From Octopus vulgaris (lineage: Eukaryota), in the NCBI GenBank assembly GCA_951406725.2, contig OX597831.1:59706001-59770000 (forward strand): a DNA stretch of 64,000 nucleotides. Reading direction: 5' to 3'. The position numbers and the translations under genes were made by a program. Below, in pieces: positions 27,992-39,861 of this stretch (its first letter is position 1; every line of letters begins with the position of its first letter). The notes beneath the pieces are model-generated. The model was not told the DNA's origin. It made no database searches and saw only the letters and a list, made by a program, of their open reading frames with translations.

Positions 27992-28421
27992 CAAGACGGG
28001 GGAGAGAGCTATATATATGTATACATACATACCCTCTTCCTTTTCCTTCTCTCAGCCGCGTGTCTTCCTCTATCTATCTCTCTCTCTCATTCCTCCTCAC
28101 TTTCGTCAGTGCTAATCCTTTTGCACGTTGCTTTCAGTCGTAAGGTCATGTTTCCCTGCGCTCGCCAGTACCTCTTCCGTCTCAGCCAGAACAAAGGCCT
28201 TCGTGTGTTTTTTTCGTTTGTTTTCTTGTTTATTTTGATTTCTCGTATTGTATTTTATTTCTCGTTTTGTATCTTCTTGTACATGTATTTTTTTTATTTT
28301 GTATTTTTATCTTGTATTTTATTGTGCAGTTCTATTGTTACGTGCCGTTTGTGTTACATTTTTTCTTGCTTGTTTTACCCCTCTGCGAGGTTATTTTATT
28401 TTAATTCTCTCGTAGGAAGAC

Positions 28422-28495
28422 CTAGTATTGACGAGTCGTGTCCTGTCTTGCCTTCGAAACACGCTAAGTCTACTAGTGACAGCTGATGAAGGGGA
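28422..28495 (+). ncRNA. Degenerate type I hammerhead-like motif followed by a second CTGATGA box
   Basis: CTAGTA-TTGACGA-G...C-GAAA-CACGCTAA-GTC-TACTAG gives a perfect 6-bp stem I, a C3U variant and a weak stem II; CTGATGAAGGGG follows at 28483. Confidence 0.45.
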
Positions 28496-28749
28496 TTTTT
28501 CCTTGTGTAGCATGTCCTGTACCTTGTTTTGCTGTTGTAAAAAAGTTTTTTCCCGTTTTCGTTCTCGTCCTCTTCCACGTCTCTGTCTTTCTGTTGTAAC
28601 AAAATGGCTTTACCGTTTTCGTTTCTGTTGAGTTTTATGTCTTTTTGTGGTGTCCTGTACGTATATATATTTATATATGCATGTATATATACATGTAGAT
28701 GTCGGTACGTACATATATGTTTGTATGTATGCATATATTTTATTTATTA

Positions 28750-28794
<45 letters not shown>

Positions 28795-29539
28795 AACGTG
28801 CACAAACGTGCATATCTATGTATGTGTATGTATTTAGATCCATCTATGTATGCGTACTGATATGCGTACATATGGATATTGTCCTTTGATAGTCCCTGCA
28901 TGAAATATGTTTTCGATTAAAATGTTTGGCAGTGGATATCTCAAATTGTCTGCAGTGTTTAAATTATTCTATGCGCTAAACTGTGAATATCGGTCGGTGG
29001 TTAAAACATTAGATCGATATTATAAAAGTTATGCTCATTTTTATATCACTGACATAGTTTTTACACATCAGACGAATAAATGTGAGAAATTTCCGGGTAA
29101 CATATTACACCCTTGGCATATCTAAAACTAGTTAATTAGTTGAAAAGAAATACCATTGTGAAATCCACGTCATAAACATTTATATAGAGAAATAACAACA
29201 TAAATTCCATACACAATTTAAGACAGTGGCACGAAGCGAGAATTTTTATACTGCACAATTTCTAGTTTTGTTACGGAGAATCTCATAGAACATAACATTT
29301 CAAGCATTGTTACTATTGACTAAAATTTTCGCCTGAAACCTTTCTCTGAAAATTGACGAATTTACAAAATGAAACCTAGAGACAATATTAATGTCGCGTA
29401 ACTCTCACATATTTATTTCTATAGTTGCCATATTTCGAAGTGTGATGACAGAGACGCATGCAATATATTTTGATTAGTATTAAAAATAAAACGCACACAA
29501 CTCACTTTAATTTGAACTCAAAAGAACAATTTCTACAGA

Positions 29540-29700
29540 ATCTAAAATTCGTCGGTTATATCGACCTCCGTGCTTAAGTGGAACTTATTTCATCGATCCT
29601 AAAAGGGGTGAGAGGCGACGTCAACCTCGGCGGAATTTCAACTCAGTACGTAAAGACGTTAAACGTTTTGCATGGCGCGCTAACGAATCCACCATCTCAA
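29540..29700 (-). mobile_element. SINE family B, decayed
   Basis: acttatttcatcgatcctaaaagggg...gtcaacctcggcggaatttcaactcag matches the reverse complement of 26325-26554. Confidence 0.75.
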
Positions 29701-29857
29701 CGATTTTAAGAAATATCGAAATTTGTTTGAATATAAGTGGGTAATACAACAATATTGCACCAGTAAATTTCACCTGGAGCATGACTTGTAATTAAAAAAT
29801 AGGATTAATCACCAATGCATAAAATGAAATCCTAAAGGTGACTTTTAACTGATTACC

Positions 29858-30044
29858 TATTTCTTTACTACCCACAAGGGGCTAAACACAGAGGGGGCAC
29901 TCAGGGTCAGACAAACGGATTAAGTCGATTACATCGACGCAAAGTCGATCTCGGCGGAATTTGAACTCAGAACGTAGCGGCAGATGAAATACAGCTACAC
30001 ATTTCACCCGGCATGCTTACGATTCTGCCAGCTCACCGCCTTAG
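29858..30044 (-). mobile_element. SINE family B with internal deletion, 15-bp TSD
   Basis: Reverse complement of family B lacking the central block; TSD TTTTAACTGATTACC (29843-29857) and TTTTAACTCATTACC (30045-30059). Confidence 0.9.
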
Positions 30045-33036
30045 TTTTAACTCATTACCGGTTTAATGTAGACTGTCGTTTTTAAAGTGCAATGGCAACT
30101 GACCCAATGTAGCTCTATACAGACAAAATTACAATGTGTTTCGTATTCACTTAATATATGTCAGCTGAATCACTATTGAGCTGAGGTTACACATGTTCAT
30201 ATTAAGTTTCTCCTTGTGTATTATTATTTATATCCCACAATAAAGCAACCATACTTATGTTCAACAGAATTATTCTCCTATTTAGGATAATAACAGATTT
30301 CACTCGCTGCATACTATAAGTATAATAGCTGTTTTGTAAGGTCATAGCACAATGTGTGCTGGGCAAGAGACTATTGTCAGCAGACCTACTTCATGAGTAA
30401 TTATATAATCTACTTCGGGAGAGAAAGACAGTAAAAAATGAGAGATTTCAACTCGTAAAATAATGCAACAGTAGTAAATACGGTAGAATCTGTTTTGCCA
30501 CATATACTAATTTGATAGACTATTCTATTGTCTGGCAAGAATTTCCGTTCATCCGTGTAGCATATTTCTAAAGAATAGTTTGAAAATGCAATCCAGACAG
30601 ATAGTAACGGTACAAAGTGATTATGGAATTGGTGATGGTAAATGGTGTGATTTCTTTTTATGTTAGACATTAGCTATAGATATTAACACACTATTAGATA
30701 ATTTCATTAAAGTTTACCAAAATGAATCAACCCTCCCATAAATTTATGTTTTTAATTTTGTATTCAGCACATCACTTGATAATGATTGCAGGTTATAGTA
30801 ACTAAAATAATTCTATCAATATTTGGATATTGGTCCATTATCTTCCAAGGTTAATTAACTTTGTACTTTGATGATGTTACAGTAATCAAATAAGTTTGAA
30901 AAAAAAGTGTTATCACAAGCTTACAGCCAACAGTGTACTGTACATGTTTAACTTTACTGCTTTATTTATACGTTGTGTTTGCTAATTAATTAATGGACTG
31001 CAATACGATGTGTACATTACTAATATTTCAAAATTCCCGTCAATGAAATAAAAGTTCCTAATAGAAATTTTACTATAAAATTATATTCGGTGGAAGTTAA
31101 ATAAATACACAATTTTTGTGAATTTGTGTGATATTACCAGGAAAGAAGGATTACCTTTACAGAAATTTATATTCACTACGTATACTAGGGGATGGACTAG
31201 TCGAATCCATGTACCCGTGTGCTCAACTTGACACAGGTGTATGAAGGCTAATGGACAGAGACACAAATAGATTAACATCTAATATAATATCAGCACAGTT
31301 TGGCGCCATTACTGCTACGATTCAAGTATGTCTGACGTACGTCATCTTATGCCGTCGTGGAAAATATGCTGATCGACTTCGTAAGTACATACAGAATTAT
31401 CCATACGGGTATATACTTTTACCACTAATAATTAATTTAGCAGTTGAAAATTGTACTCAGTATCTCTGTTGTATGATTCACAAATATTTTGATGGCTTGC
31501 TATGTTATGTTATGTTCGACTTCATGTACTAGCGTTAAGTGGAAAGCAGGAATCTTGATTCAGAGTTTGACATTTAAAGTGAATTGTCCAGCATTCACAT
31601 GATCTGGATGCAACCAGATCATGTATGAGCTCGTACATTAAACTTTAGAGAACCAGCTTCCAATACACGTGTCTTGTGACGGGCTACTGTATGATAAAAA
31701 CTCCCGATAAACTTGATACAACGCTACAGGACACATTACAAATATCATTGACAGAAACAACTATAGAGAAGGGAAAAGATAGAGTTGGAGAAAATGTAAA
31801 CCAAGAAATGATAAGCCACCAGAATGACATGAACTGAATAACGAAAGCAGATCAGAAAGGAAAATACCAGTAGATCTCCCACTACCCTCAAAATTTCCTG
31901 CCAGTGCGGTCAAAAACTCTCTGCTAAAAGTTCGGAATGTGTGTCGATCTGGATTATTTCAGACCGAGACGTTCAATACTGTGTGATAAGGTTGTCGGCG
32001 GCTCAAGGGAGACATCGAAAATGGGACCCATTGTTTTCAGGAGCACCACGGCTCCCCGACTCACAGAGCTAGGAATGATCCTATCCTGCTACCCAGAAGT
32101 CTCGGATGGATAGGTGGTTGACGTTTGTAAGCGTATGATGATGAACGAAACAAAATTCGGGCTGAGGTGTTATAGAGTGGGCAATGACGTTAAGAATGTA
32201 ATATAGTCGTACAATCGGTGATGCGTCCAAGTTATACTGAAATCTTCCATTATCAATTTCTGAAACACTTCTAAAACCTGATAAAATATGTACATTTTAT
32301 GTCGGCGAATCTACACGTTATTTAAGTGAATTATATTACAGGAAACAAGATGAAATTGTTTGCGAAATAGAGACGTATTAATTGAATATTCTCGAAAGCC
32401 AATAATATATTTTAATTTGTTTATTCAAGTTTGGCAGTTTCTCCCTCTAAGTAGATTGTTGCAACATCTAACTGCAAACCATTTTCTGAAATTACTAGCA
32501 AAATTGAAAATCCTCAAAATAGTGAAACACACAATGAAGGAAAATAATCGTTACCTTTCTAAACTTCGTGTGTTGCATGACACTGTAGGTATGGACAGAA
32601 GCAGTAAATAAGAATGCAATGTGATCCAAATCCGCATAATACATGTAATCCCCTATTTGTGCCCATAAGTGCGGATAATTTGTGGTCATCCTCAATACCA
32701 TCGTTTAGCTTTACAAATACAAAAAACAAAAGTAACATATCTTATTGAAAAAGCGTTTCCTAAAACGATATACTAAAGGAGCAACATTTATTTCTGTGTG
32801 TTTCCATGTACAACATATGCCATCGCTACATACAAAATGGCCTGGTATTCTCCATAACTGTCCTGATGCAAGACCTGAATTAAGTTCTTTAGTTTTCTGC
32901 TTCCAACAATACGGAAAAGTGCTTGAGTGATATCTTGTGACGTGTGAATTATTTTGCATGTAAGTGGCACTCACTCCCCCTCTCTCTCTCTCACAGACAC
33001 ACACGCACACATTATCATTCATATACACGTACATAA

Positions 33037-33195
33037 GTAGGTGGCGGTAAAGAATACGCACACCACCGGTATTCAGCGTACCCCAACACCGGGTGTGCGC
33101 ATTCTTTATCTTTGCTCATAAATACATATGCATCCACCTTTTTGTGTATGAGCAAGAGGGAGAGACTGACAGACTGATATATTAAATTTATAGAT
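33037..33195 (-). mobile_element. Possible short non-autonomous Helitron
   Basis: Minus strand starts A|TCTATAAATTTAATATA and ends with a GGTGG...CCACC hairpin followed by CTAC, possibly a decayed CTAG. It also contains the inverted repeat TAAAGAATACGCACACC/GGTGTGCGCATTCTTTA. Confidence 0.45.
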
Positions 33196-33455
33196 ACTAC
33201 ATATATACTAATTATATAGTTAGTTTATGTGATGGGTGTGTCTATATTTGAACCATTTCTTATTTTTGATTCCAGTATTTATGGCTTGTACTAGCTTTGT
33301 GTATATTGATTAATATTAAGGTATTTAGTATTAATTGCTTAATCGGTATTAGGTTTTATTTGGATGTTTATTAAATAAACATATTAATTAATAATTTGAT
33401 TTAATATTTATATTTTAAAGCGTTGTATCTAGTTTTCACTTAATGTATATTTTGT

Positions 33456-33506
<51 letters not shown>

Positions 33507-33586
33507 TAAAGAATATATTTATATTTTAAAAGATTAATTATGTATATTTATTAATTAATTAATTATTTTATTATTGTGGTTATCTT

Positions 33587-33690
33587 TAGCCTGATGAGTG
33601 GCTATATTTATATTGAAGTGATTTTACTACTACTACTAATATTTTTACTATAATCATTTCTTAAATATAGCCACGAAACACGTGTCGTTA
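33587..33690 (+). ncRNA. Type I hammerhead ribozyme with complete core and long stem II
   Basis: TAGC-CTGATGA(33591-33597)-GTGGCTATATTTA...TAAATATAGCCAC (13-bp perfect stem II)-GAAA(33675-33678)-CACGT-GTC(33684-33686)-GTTA; stem III region ACACGTGT is palindromic. Confidence 0.85.
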
Positions 33691-33865
33691 TTGTACCAAA
33701 TATATGCGTTTTATTTATTATTTTGCACAGTACTTAATCATCGTTATATTTTTATCTTATATTTAATCTTTCTATTATATATAATTTCCTGGATGGTGTA
33801 ATTTAATTTTTCATTTTGAATTGATTAAAGGTGTTTTTTCTAATTTATATTTATATACATATATA

Positions 33866-34074
33866 TATTTCTTTATTGGCCTAAACATAGAGGGGACAAA
33901 CAAGGACAGAGAGACGAATTGTGTCGATTACATCGACCCCACTGAAAAACTGGTACTTTATTTATCGACACCGAAAGGATGAAAGGCAAAGTCGATCTCG
34001 GCGGAATTTGAACTCAGAACGACATACGGCTACGCATTTCGCCCGGCGTGCTAACGTTTCCTGCTAGATCGCCT

Positions 34075-34075
<1 letters not shown>
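33866..34075 (-). mobile_element. SINE family B
   Basis: tggtactttatttatcgacaccgaaaggatgaaaggcaaagtcgatctcggcggaatttgaactcagaacg is the reverse complement of family B. Confidence 0.9.
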
Positions 34076-34142
<67 letters not shown>

Positions 34143-34146
<4 letters not shown>

Positions 34147-34344
34147 ATCCAAACATGAAAACACAAAGACAAAACACAACAACGTGAGGACGTGGAACAA
34201 ATATAGTATTATTGGACGCTCAGGAAGGAAGGGAAGAAGGAGGGGTTTTACGTTTCGAGCGGAGCTCTTCGTCAGAAACACAGGGAAAGGAAGATCCAGA
34301 GAAGGGAAGACAGAGGAAAAAAATCGCCAACCGTACACACGCGG

Positions 34345-34347
<3 letters not shown>
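34143..34347 (-). mobile_element. ~200-bp non-coding cassette (solo PLE pLTR-like) inserted in (TA)n, carrying a minimal HHR
   Basis: (TA)n lies directly on both sides (34080-34142 and 34347-34389); contains the HHR at 34245-34279. Confidence 0.7.
34245..34279 (-). ncRNA. Minimal type I hammerhead ribozyme (helix III reduced to ACGT)
   Basis: Minus strand reads GTTT-CTGACGA-A-GAGC-TCC-GCTC-GAAA-C-GTA-AAAC: 4-bp stem I, 4-bp stem II, GUA cleavage triplet. Confidence 0.85.
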
Positions 34348-34396
<49 letters not shown>

Positions 34397-34429
34397 GTGT
34401 GCCTTTGTGTGGATGTGTATGTATTTTTT

Positions 34430-34625
34430 TGTGTCTGTATTTGTCCACCACCATCGATTGGCAACCGATTTTGCTGTGTGTACGTAGCCGTTCGGTAAAC
34501 AGATCGATATAATAAGTACTAGGATTGCAAATAATAGGTCCTGTTTTTGATTTGTTCAACTAATGGTAGTGCACCAACATGGCTGCAGCCAAATGGCTGA
34601 CACACATCAAAGAACAAATGAACGA
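34430..34625 (+). mobile_element. SINE family A, 3' half, decayed
   Basis: ccgttcggtaaacagatcgatataataagtactagg...gtgcaccaacatggctgcagccaaatggctga. Confidence 0.7.
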
Positions 34626-34869
34626 ATATATATCCTCAGAAAGGCACACATATATTTTAATAATCCGTTATCAGTAGTATCAATAAAAAATACACCATGC
34701 AGTAACAGAGTAATATCATTTAAGATAGAGAGAATCTAAATATGAGCTAGTTATCGTTTTATGTTTATGAAACATCGTACCTTGTCTCTGCAAGCCATCT
34801 TTCAGGTTCGAATACGTATAGCTGGTTTTAGAAAAACCCTGCAAGTATGCTTGCGTGAGAGAAAACAGT

Positions 34870-35140
34870 GTAACAATCCAAGATATATCTATTTGCCAAA
34901 CTTTCTGAATGGGCTTCTCGTTTCGTCTTGTGGATAACCTTCCTGAGCGTGCCTCACTCATCACTAAGATGTGGTTATGTTTGAAGTGGTTGTACCACTC
35001 ATTGATCTTATGTTGCCTCATGGCTTTATTGCCAAATGCATGCTGAGACTTCTGGATGATTGTGATAGAGTATCTCCAAGGTATTTGGAAAACTTTATAT
35101 ATTCCTGCTTTAGCCGAACGGTCATCTAGAACGAAAATGA
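34870..35140 (-). mobile_element. Mariner N-terminal fragment
   Basis: ORF 34716-35021 contains INEWYNHFK...SEARSGRLSTRRNE (mariner HTH plus the RSGRP motif). Confidence 0.8.
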
Positions 35141-35220
35141 CAATCCGACGGGCTTTATATATATATATATATATCCGACGGGCTTTATATATATATATAT
35201 ATATATATATAAAGTTAAAG

Positions 35221-35862
35221 AAAAAACACTATTATGCAATTCAAGCAATGATAGACATAAACCAATAATACATGAAAAATAAAATATATTTTAAAGCATA
35301 TTACTAGATCACAAATTCTACAAAATGAATAAACAATATACAATAAGTATTATATATTGTTTATTCATTTGGTACTTTTTGTTATCTAGTTATATGTTTT
35401 AAAATATATTTTATCTTTTATTTATGACTAGCAGTATCGCCCGGCGTTGCTCAGGTTTGTAAGGGAAATAACTATAAAGCATTTTTAGAGAGTTATAGCC
35501 AAAAAATAGCAAAAGAATGGAAAAAAATGATGGTAAATTTTTTTTTGAGAGTTAAAAAAGGATGGAGTTGCGTCCCCTAGACAGTTTGTGGTTCGTGTTT
35601 CTGATTCTCGACCCCATGTCGAATTTATCGATTTGTTTCAGAACTGGGGAAACTTTTCAAAATTTTGGCTGCGTTAGTTTTGAATTATGACATTGGGCTA
35701 TGTGTGTGTCAAGTTTCATCAGAATCGGTTGAAAGCCGTGGTCAGGGTGAGGGTACAAGCAAACAGACACACAGAAACACGCACAGACAAACTGCCGTTT
35801 ATATATAGAGAGATTTGGTTTATGTCTATCATTGTTTGAATTGCATAATAATGGCTTTTTTC
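35221..35862. repeat. ~250-bp imperfect palindrome whose right arm is split by a Helitron
   Basis: Left arm 35221-35340 pairs with 35353-35427 plus 35814-35862, e.g. ATTATGCAATTCAAGCAATGATAGACATAAACCAA with TTGGTTTATGTCTATCATTGTTTGAATTGCATAAT. Confidence 0.85.
35428..35813 (-). mobile_element. Non-autonomous Helitron, complete
   Basis: Minus strand has 5' A|TCTCTCTATATATAAACGG and a 3' imperfect hairpin CCTGAGCAACGCCGGG followed by CTAG|T. It is inserted between A and T with no TSD, and removing it restores the host palindrome. Confidence 0.92.
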
Positions 35863-35909
35863 TATTCCATATTTATATCATAAAATTTGATTTAATACTA
35901 AATACTCCC

Positions 35910-36000
<91 letters not shown>

Positions 36001-38213
36001 GTATGTATGTATATATATATATATTCATATATACTTATGTTTGTATGTATGAAAAATAACTGATAACATCAGATGGATAAGTAATAATTTTGGTTGTCAT
36101 AGAGACAGATTTTGGCAACGCTTTCATTAAGATTTCTGCTAAAATAACTGGAACCAAAACATATGAAATACAAATTTATAGAATATTTTGAAAAATGATA
36201 TGAAAAGTATAAACCTAAGTTAATATTAATGCAACGGATTAAATTCTGTTTATCCCCAACTTTATGGGGAAATTTGGATATCTGCAATGTATTTCAGTTT
36301 TTAGTAAATCTAATTAATAAATCATTTCTTGCGTTCATTAATTCTGTGTTGCTCGTTTCCGTTGCCAGCCGTATTATTTCTTTAAGACTTCCATAATGCT
36401 TCAATTAAAGTTCCTTAACGACATTACTTTATGGTCAATGACACAAGTGTAAAATATTTTTATTTCTTTCAGATCTCCTTTCCAGGTACTCACTACCCAT
36501 ATGAAGTTAATCAGCTGAAGTCTTCAACATTCATGTGCCATATTTGACATTTATTATTACGATATATATATATTCAAATATTAAAACACATTTATTGAAA
36601 TAGTGAAAATAATAAGTGAGGCTTATATTTCAATATACTCTAAATAATTCTAAATAAATGGAATTATATATAATTTCTTTAACAAAATGTGAGGTGCGTT
36701 TTATGCATATGTTACAAATGGGTGAAAATTAAATGATTTACATAGTTCTAAATTTATACATTGCTCTGACTTTGGTGGTATATCTAGTAAGCGTTAAAAT
36801 GCATTCACGTATTCTTTACATTCTCAGTTCAATTACACCAGAGGTAGCTATAGTATTAGTCCCTATGTGGAGGATAAAATAAAGCAGTTGAGAAATATTG
36901 GGATTATCATATCAACAAAACTCGTGCCTTCTGCTTTATCTTTTAGAAATTATTATATTTTTTATATATCGTGCAAATCAAATCGAATCAAATTTTATAA
37001 AATTATTTGTACCAGAGAAATTATGCCTTTATCTTTTCGTTTATCACCATGGAAGTAATTTCATGTCATATATATAATAGTGTAAAAGATACAGTGTAAG
37101 TGGTAAACAATATCGATATAGATTTCAAGTATTACTACACTGAAATCAGTTTAACCAAATAAGAAGCAATTGTCATGTTTCCTTACAATGAATATTTGCC
37201 ATCAAATGCAATTCGCAAGTGAACGCTACAAAGAATGTAAAGTAAATGGAGTCTTAGTACTGAGGGGATTTCCATATCATTGCATATTGCATATAATTTA
37301 TTCAGTGGCTTTGTTGAGTGGTTATCAAATCAGAGAGACTACTCTATGCATAGACTGATAAGCTGGTATACCAAATTAAAAACGCTAATTAAATATAAAT
37401 GCATGAATTCTATTTTCGTTCCTCAATAACTTAACTGCACGAAAGAATTCAACTAATCAAGATAAAGTTTAGAGTACATATATCCTCTTTTTATTACTTG
37501 TAGAAACCATGATCACCCCGCTGAAGCAAGCAGTTGCTGTCATTTCTAGTCACAATATGAACGAATATATTACGTAAAAATCATCTTAATTCTTTATGAG
37601 TTTTCCAAGAAGTTAAAAGGAACACAGAGAAATATTCTGTGGGAAACAAGATACATTGAGCATTTCTTCTGTGAACAAACATGAGTTGAAACAATCGAAG
37701 CATTAGTAACAGAAATGAGTTTTTCAACGTTTGATGAGCTATTGATTTATTTTTCATGTTATTATTACCTAACATGTTTCATAGTCTCACCCTATCAATT
37801 CTGTATAGTAAAAAAGATTATAACATAATGTATTCCTTCTTAAATTGTGGTCATTGGATTCTTTTTATCGTGCACTTCGTCAAGTCTTCTGTACCAAGTT
37901 ACTCAATAAAATATTGCCATTCATAATGTAGACATATCCATAGAATCTTGTACAATGATTTATGTATGTATGTATGTATGCATGTATGCATGTATGTATG
38001 TATGTATGTATGTATGTATGTATATTTGTATGTATATTTATGCATTTGTATGTATATATATTTGTATGTAGAGTTAAAAACGTTAACGGGGAAATGTAAA
38101 AGATACTTGGTATATTTTATTAATTCAAAAGTAATGCAAACTAAATGTGATACGTATAAGAATAAGTAGAAAAGGAACCGGATCAATAAAACCAGCCAAA
38201 AATATCCGAAAAA

Positions 38214-38260
38214 TTTTACACATGTTTCAATTCGACAGCCGGTGTGAATCATCAATGTTC
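38214..38260 (-). ncRNA. Decayed hammerhead-like motif
   Basis: Minus strand reads TTGATGA-TTCACA-CCGGC-TGTCGAA-TT-GAAA-CATGT-GTA. Stem II is present, stem I is poor, and C3 is U. Confidence 0.4.
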
Positions 38261-38957
38261 GAAAGATTATAGATGTAATAAACCATATATCACATGTTAT
38301 CAACAGGGTAAAGTAAGTATTTGTCCGGCCTTGAATTACGAAATAACTAGTTGGAGGACTGTGTTTTGAAAATTTCTAATGTACATAGCCACTTATTAGG
38401 ATGTCGAGTTCATATCATTAGACGTTTGTCGTTGAAAGGATACTAAAAGATGAAATACATTTGAAAGATATATTTATACTATATTTATAAATGTTTACGG
38501 GAGGAAGATAGGATAAAGTCAAATGTAACTTATTGTGAGGGGTGTAAAATACAAGGAATTAGATTGAGCAATGTAAATAAAGGAGGGATGAAATGTTGGT
38601 ATATATTATTCTACGATAGATTTTTTTCAGAAATAATACAGTGAAATATTATAATACTGGGATCATTTTGGATTAAATAGGTTAGAACATAATTTCCGGT
38701 GTTCTAAGAAAAAATATTAGGTTTATGAAATTAGTGTATTGTTCTCACTTAGAATATGCCAGCGAAATATAAAAAAAACGGGGTTGCAGTTTTTTCTATC
38801 CTTAGGTGGAAATATCATTAACTAGTATCTCCCATTGTTCATATGGTTAAACATGTTAATTTTTATTATAATGCAATGAATATGATGTGTTTTACTACAA
38901 AAATATGTCTATAAGGTTTAAGGATAATATGGATACATATGCACGTGTAGTTTTAAG

Positions 38958-38997
<40 letters not shown>

Positions 38998-39088
38998 TTA
39001 TATATGCATTAATAGTATCAACAGTCGTTAATATTGGATCCTTGAATATGCTGCTGAGAACAATTATACAATTTGTTATTTCAGTCTG

Positions 39089-39243
<155 letters not shown>

Positions 39244-39392
39244 CGATAAACACATATATATGTATATATATATAAGTTGGGTACAGAAATTCAGGGTGGG
39301 TACTTGATAATTGTAAGCACCTGTATATACCGATTGGTGGTGTAGGTGGTGGAGTAAATTAATCAAAATAAAAACATTATGCCAAAAATTCA

Positions 39393-39470
39393 GCGGTACA
39401 TATGTTTCGGGCCTTTATTAGACGGATTTATAACAATGCATAATGTGTGTCTATGGCCTTCTTCAGCCGC
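39393..39470 (-). ncRNA. Type I hammerhead ribozyme (left arm)
   Basis: Minus strand reads GCGG-CTGAAGA-A-GGCCATAGAC...GTCTAATAAAGGCCC-GAAA-CATAT-GTA-CCGC; stem III region ACATATGT is palindromic. Confidence 0.8.
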
Positions 39471-39526
39471 GCATCCCCAACGTAGAATTTTTGATGTAAT
39501 ACATGTCCTTGAGGTAGTAGTTGTGC

Positions 39527-39604
39527 GCGGCTGAAGAAGGCCATAGACACACATTATGCATTGTTATAAATCCGTCTAATAAAGGACCGAAACATATGTA
39601 CCGC
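39527..39604 (+). ncRNA. Type I hammerhead ribozyme (right arm)
   Basis: GCGG-CTGAAGA(39531-39537)-A-GGCCATAGAC...GTCTAATAAAGGACC-GAAA(39589-39592)-CATAT-GTA(39598-39600)-CCGC. Confidence 0.8.
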
Positions 39605-39640
39605 TGAATCCTTGGCATCATGTTTTTATTTTGATTAATG

Positions 39641-39671
<31 letters not shown>

Positions 39672-39816
39672 GCAAGATTTTTTATGTGAAGTCGTGTGTT
39701 GAAACAGATATTGTTATATTTCGGAATGGGCATTTTGCTAGATATATTTTGCTATATATTTGGTGTTATTTTGCTTCAGTGTTATTTATTTTTTACATTA
39801 ATCTTAATCTTATTTA

Positions 39817-39861
39817 GGCCAGAGTTCTTTCGTCACACTCCTGTGACCGCATCAGTGGTCC
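39817..39861 (-). ncRNA. Minimal hammerhead-like motif with a variant core (CUGAUGCG)
   Basis: Minus strand reads GGACCA-CTGATGC-G-GTCACA-GGAG-TGTGAC-GAAA-GAA-CTC-TGGCC: perfect 6-bp stem II and CUC triplet, with A9 replaced by C. Confidence 0.65.

Larger units (their letters stand above)
39358..39639. repeat. 116-bp inverted repeat (4 mismatches, 50-bp spacer), each arm holding a hammerhead; inverted PLE pLTR-like
   Basis: Arms are 39358-39473 and 39524-39639. (TA)n lies immediately to the right and about 85 bp to the left. Confidence 0.92.

Noticed and set aside
27938-28486. 182-aa hydrophobic ORF as a membrane protein
   Set aside because: Built from (GA)n, (CT)n and T-rich low-complexity sequence inside a repeat cassette.
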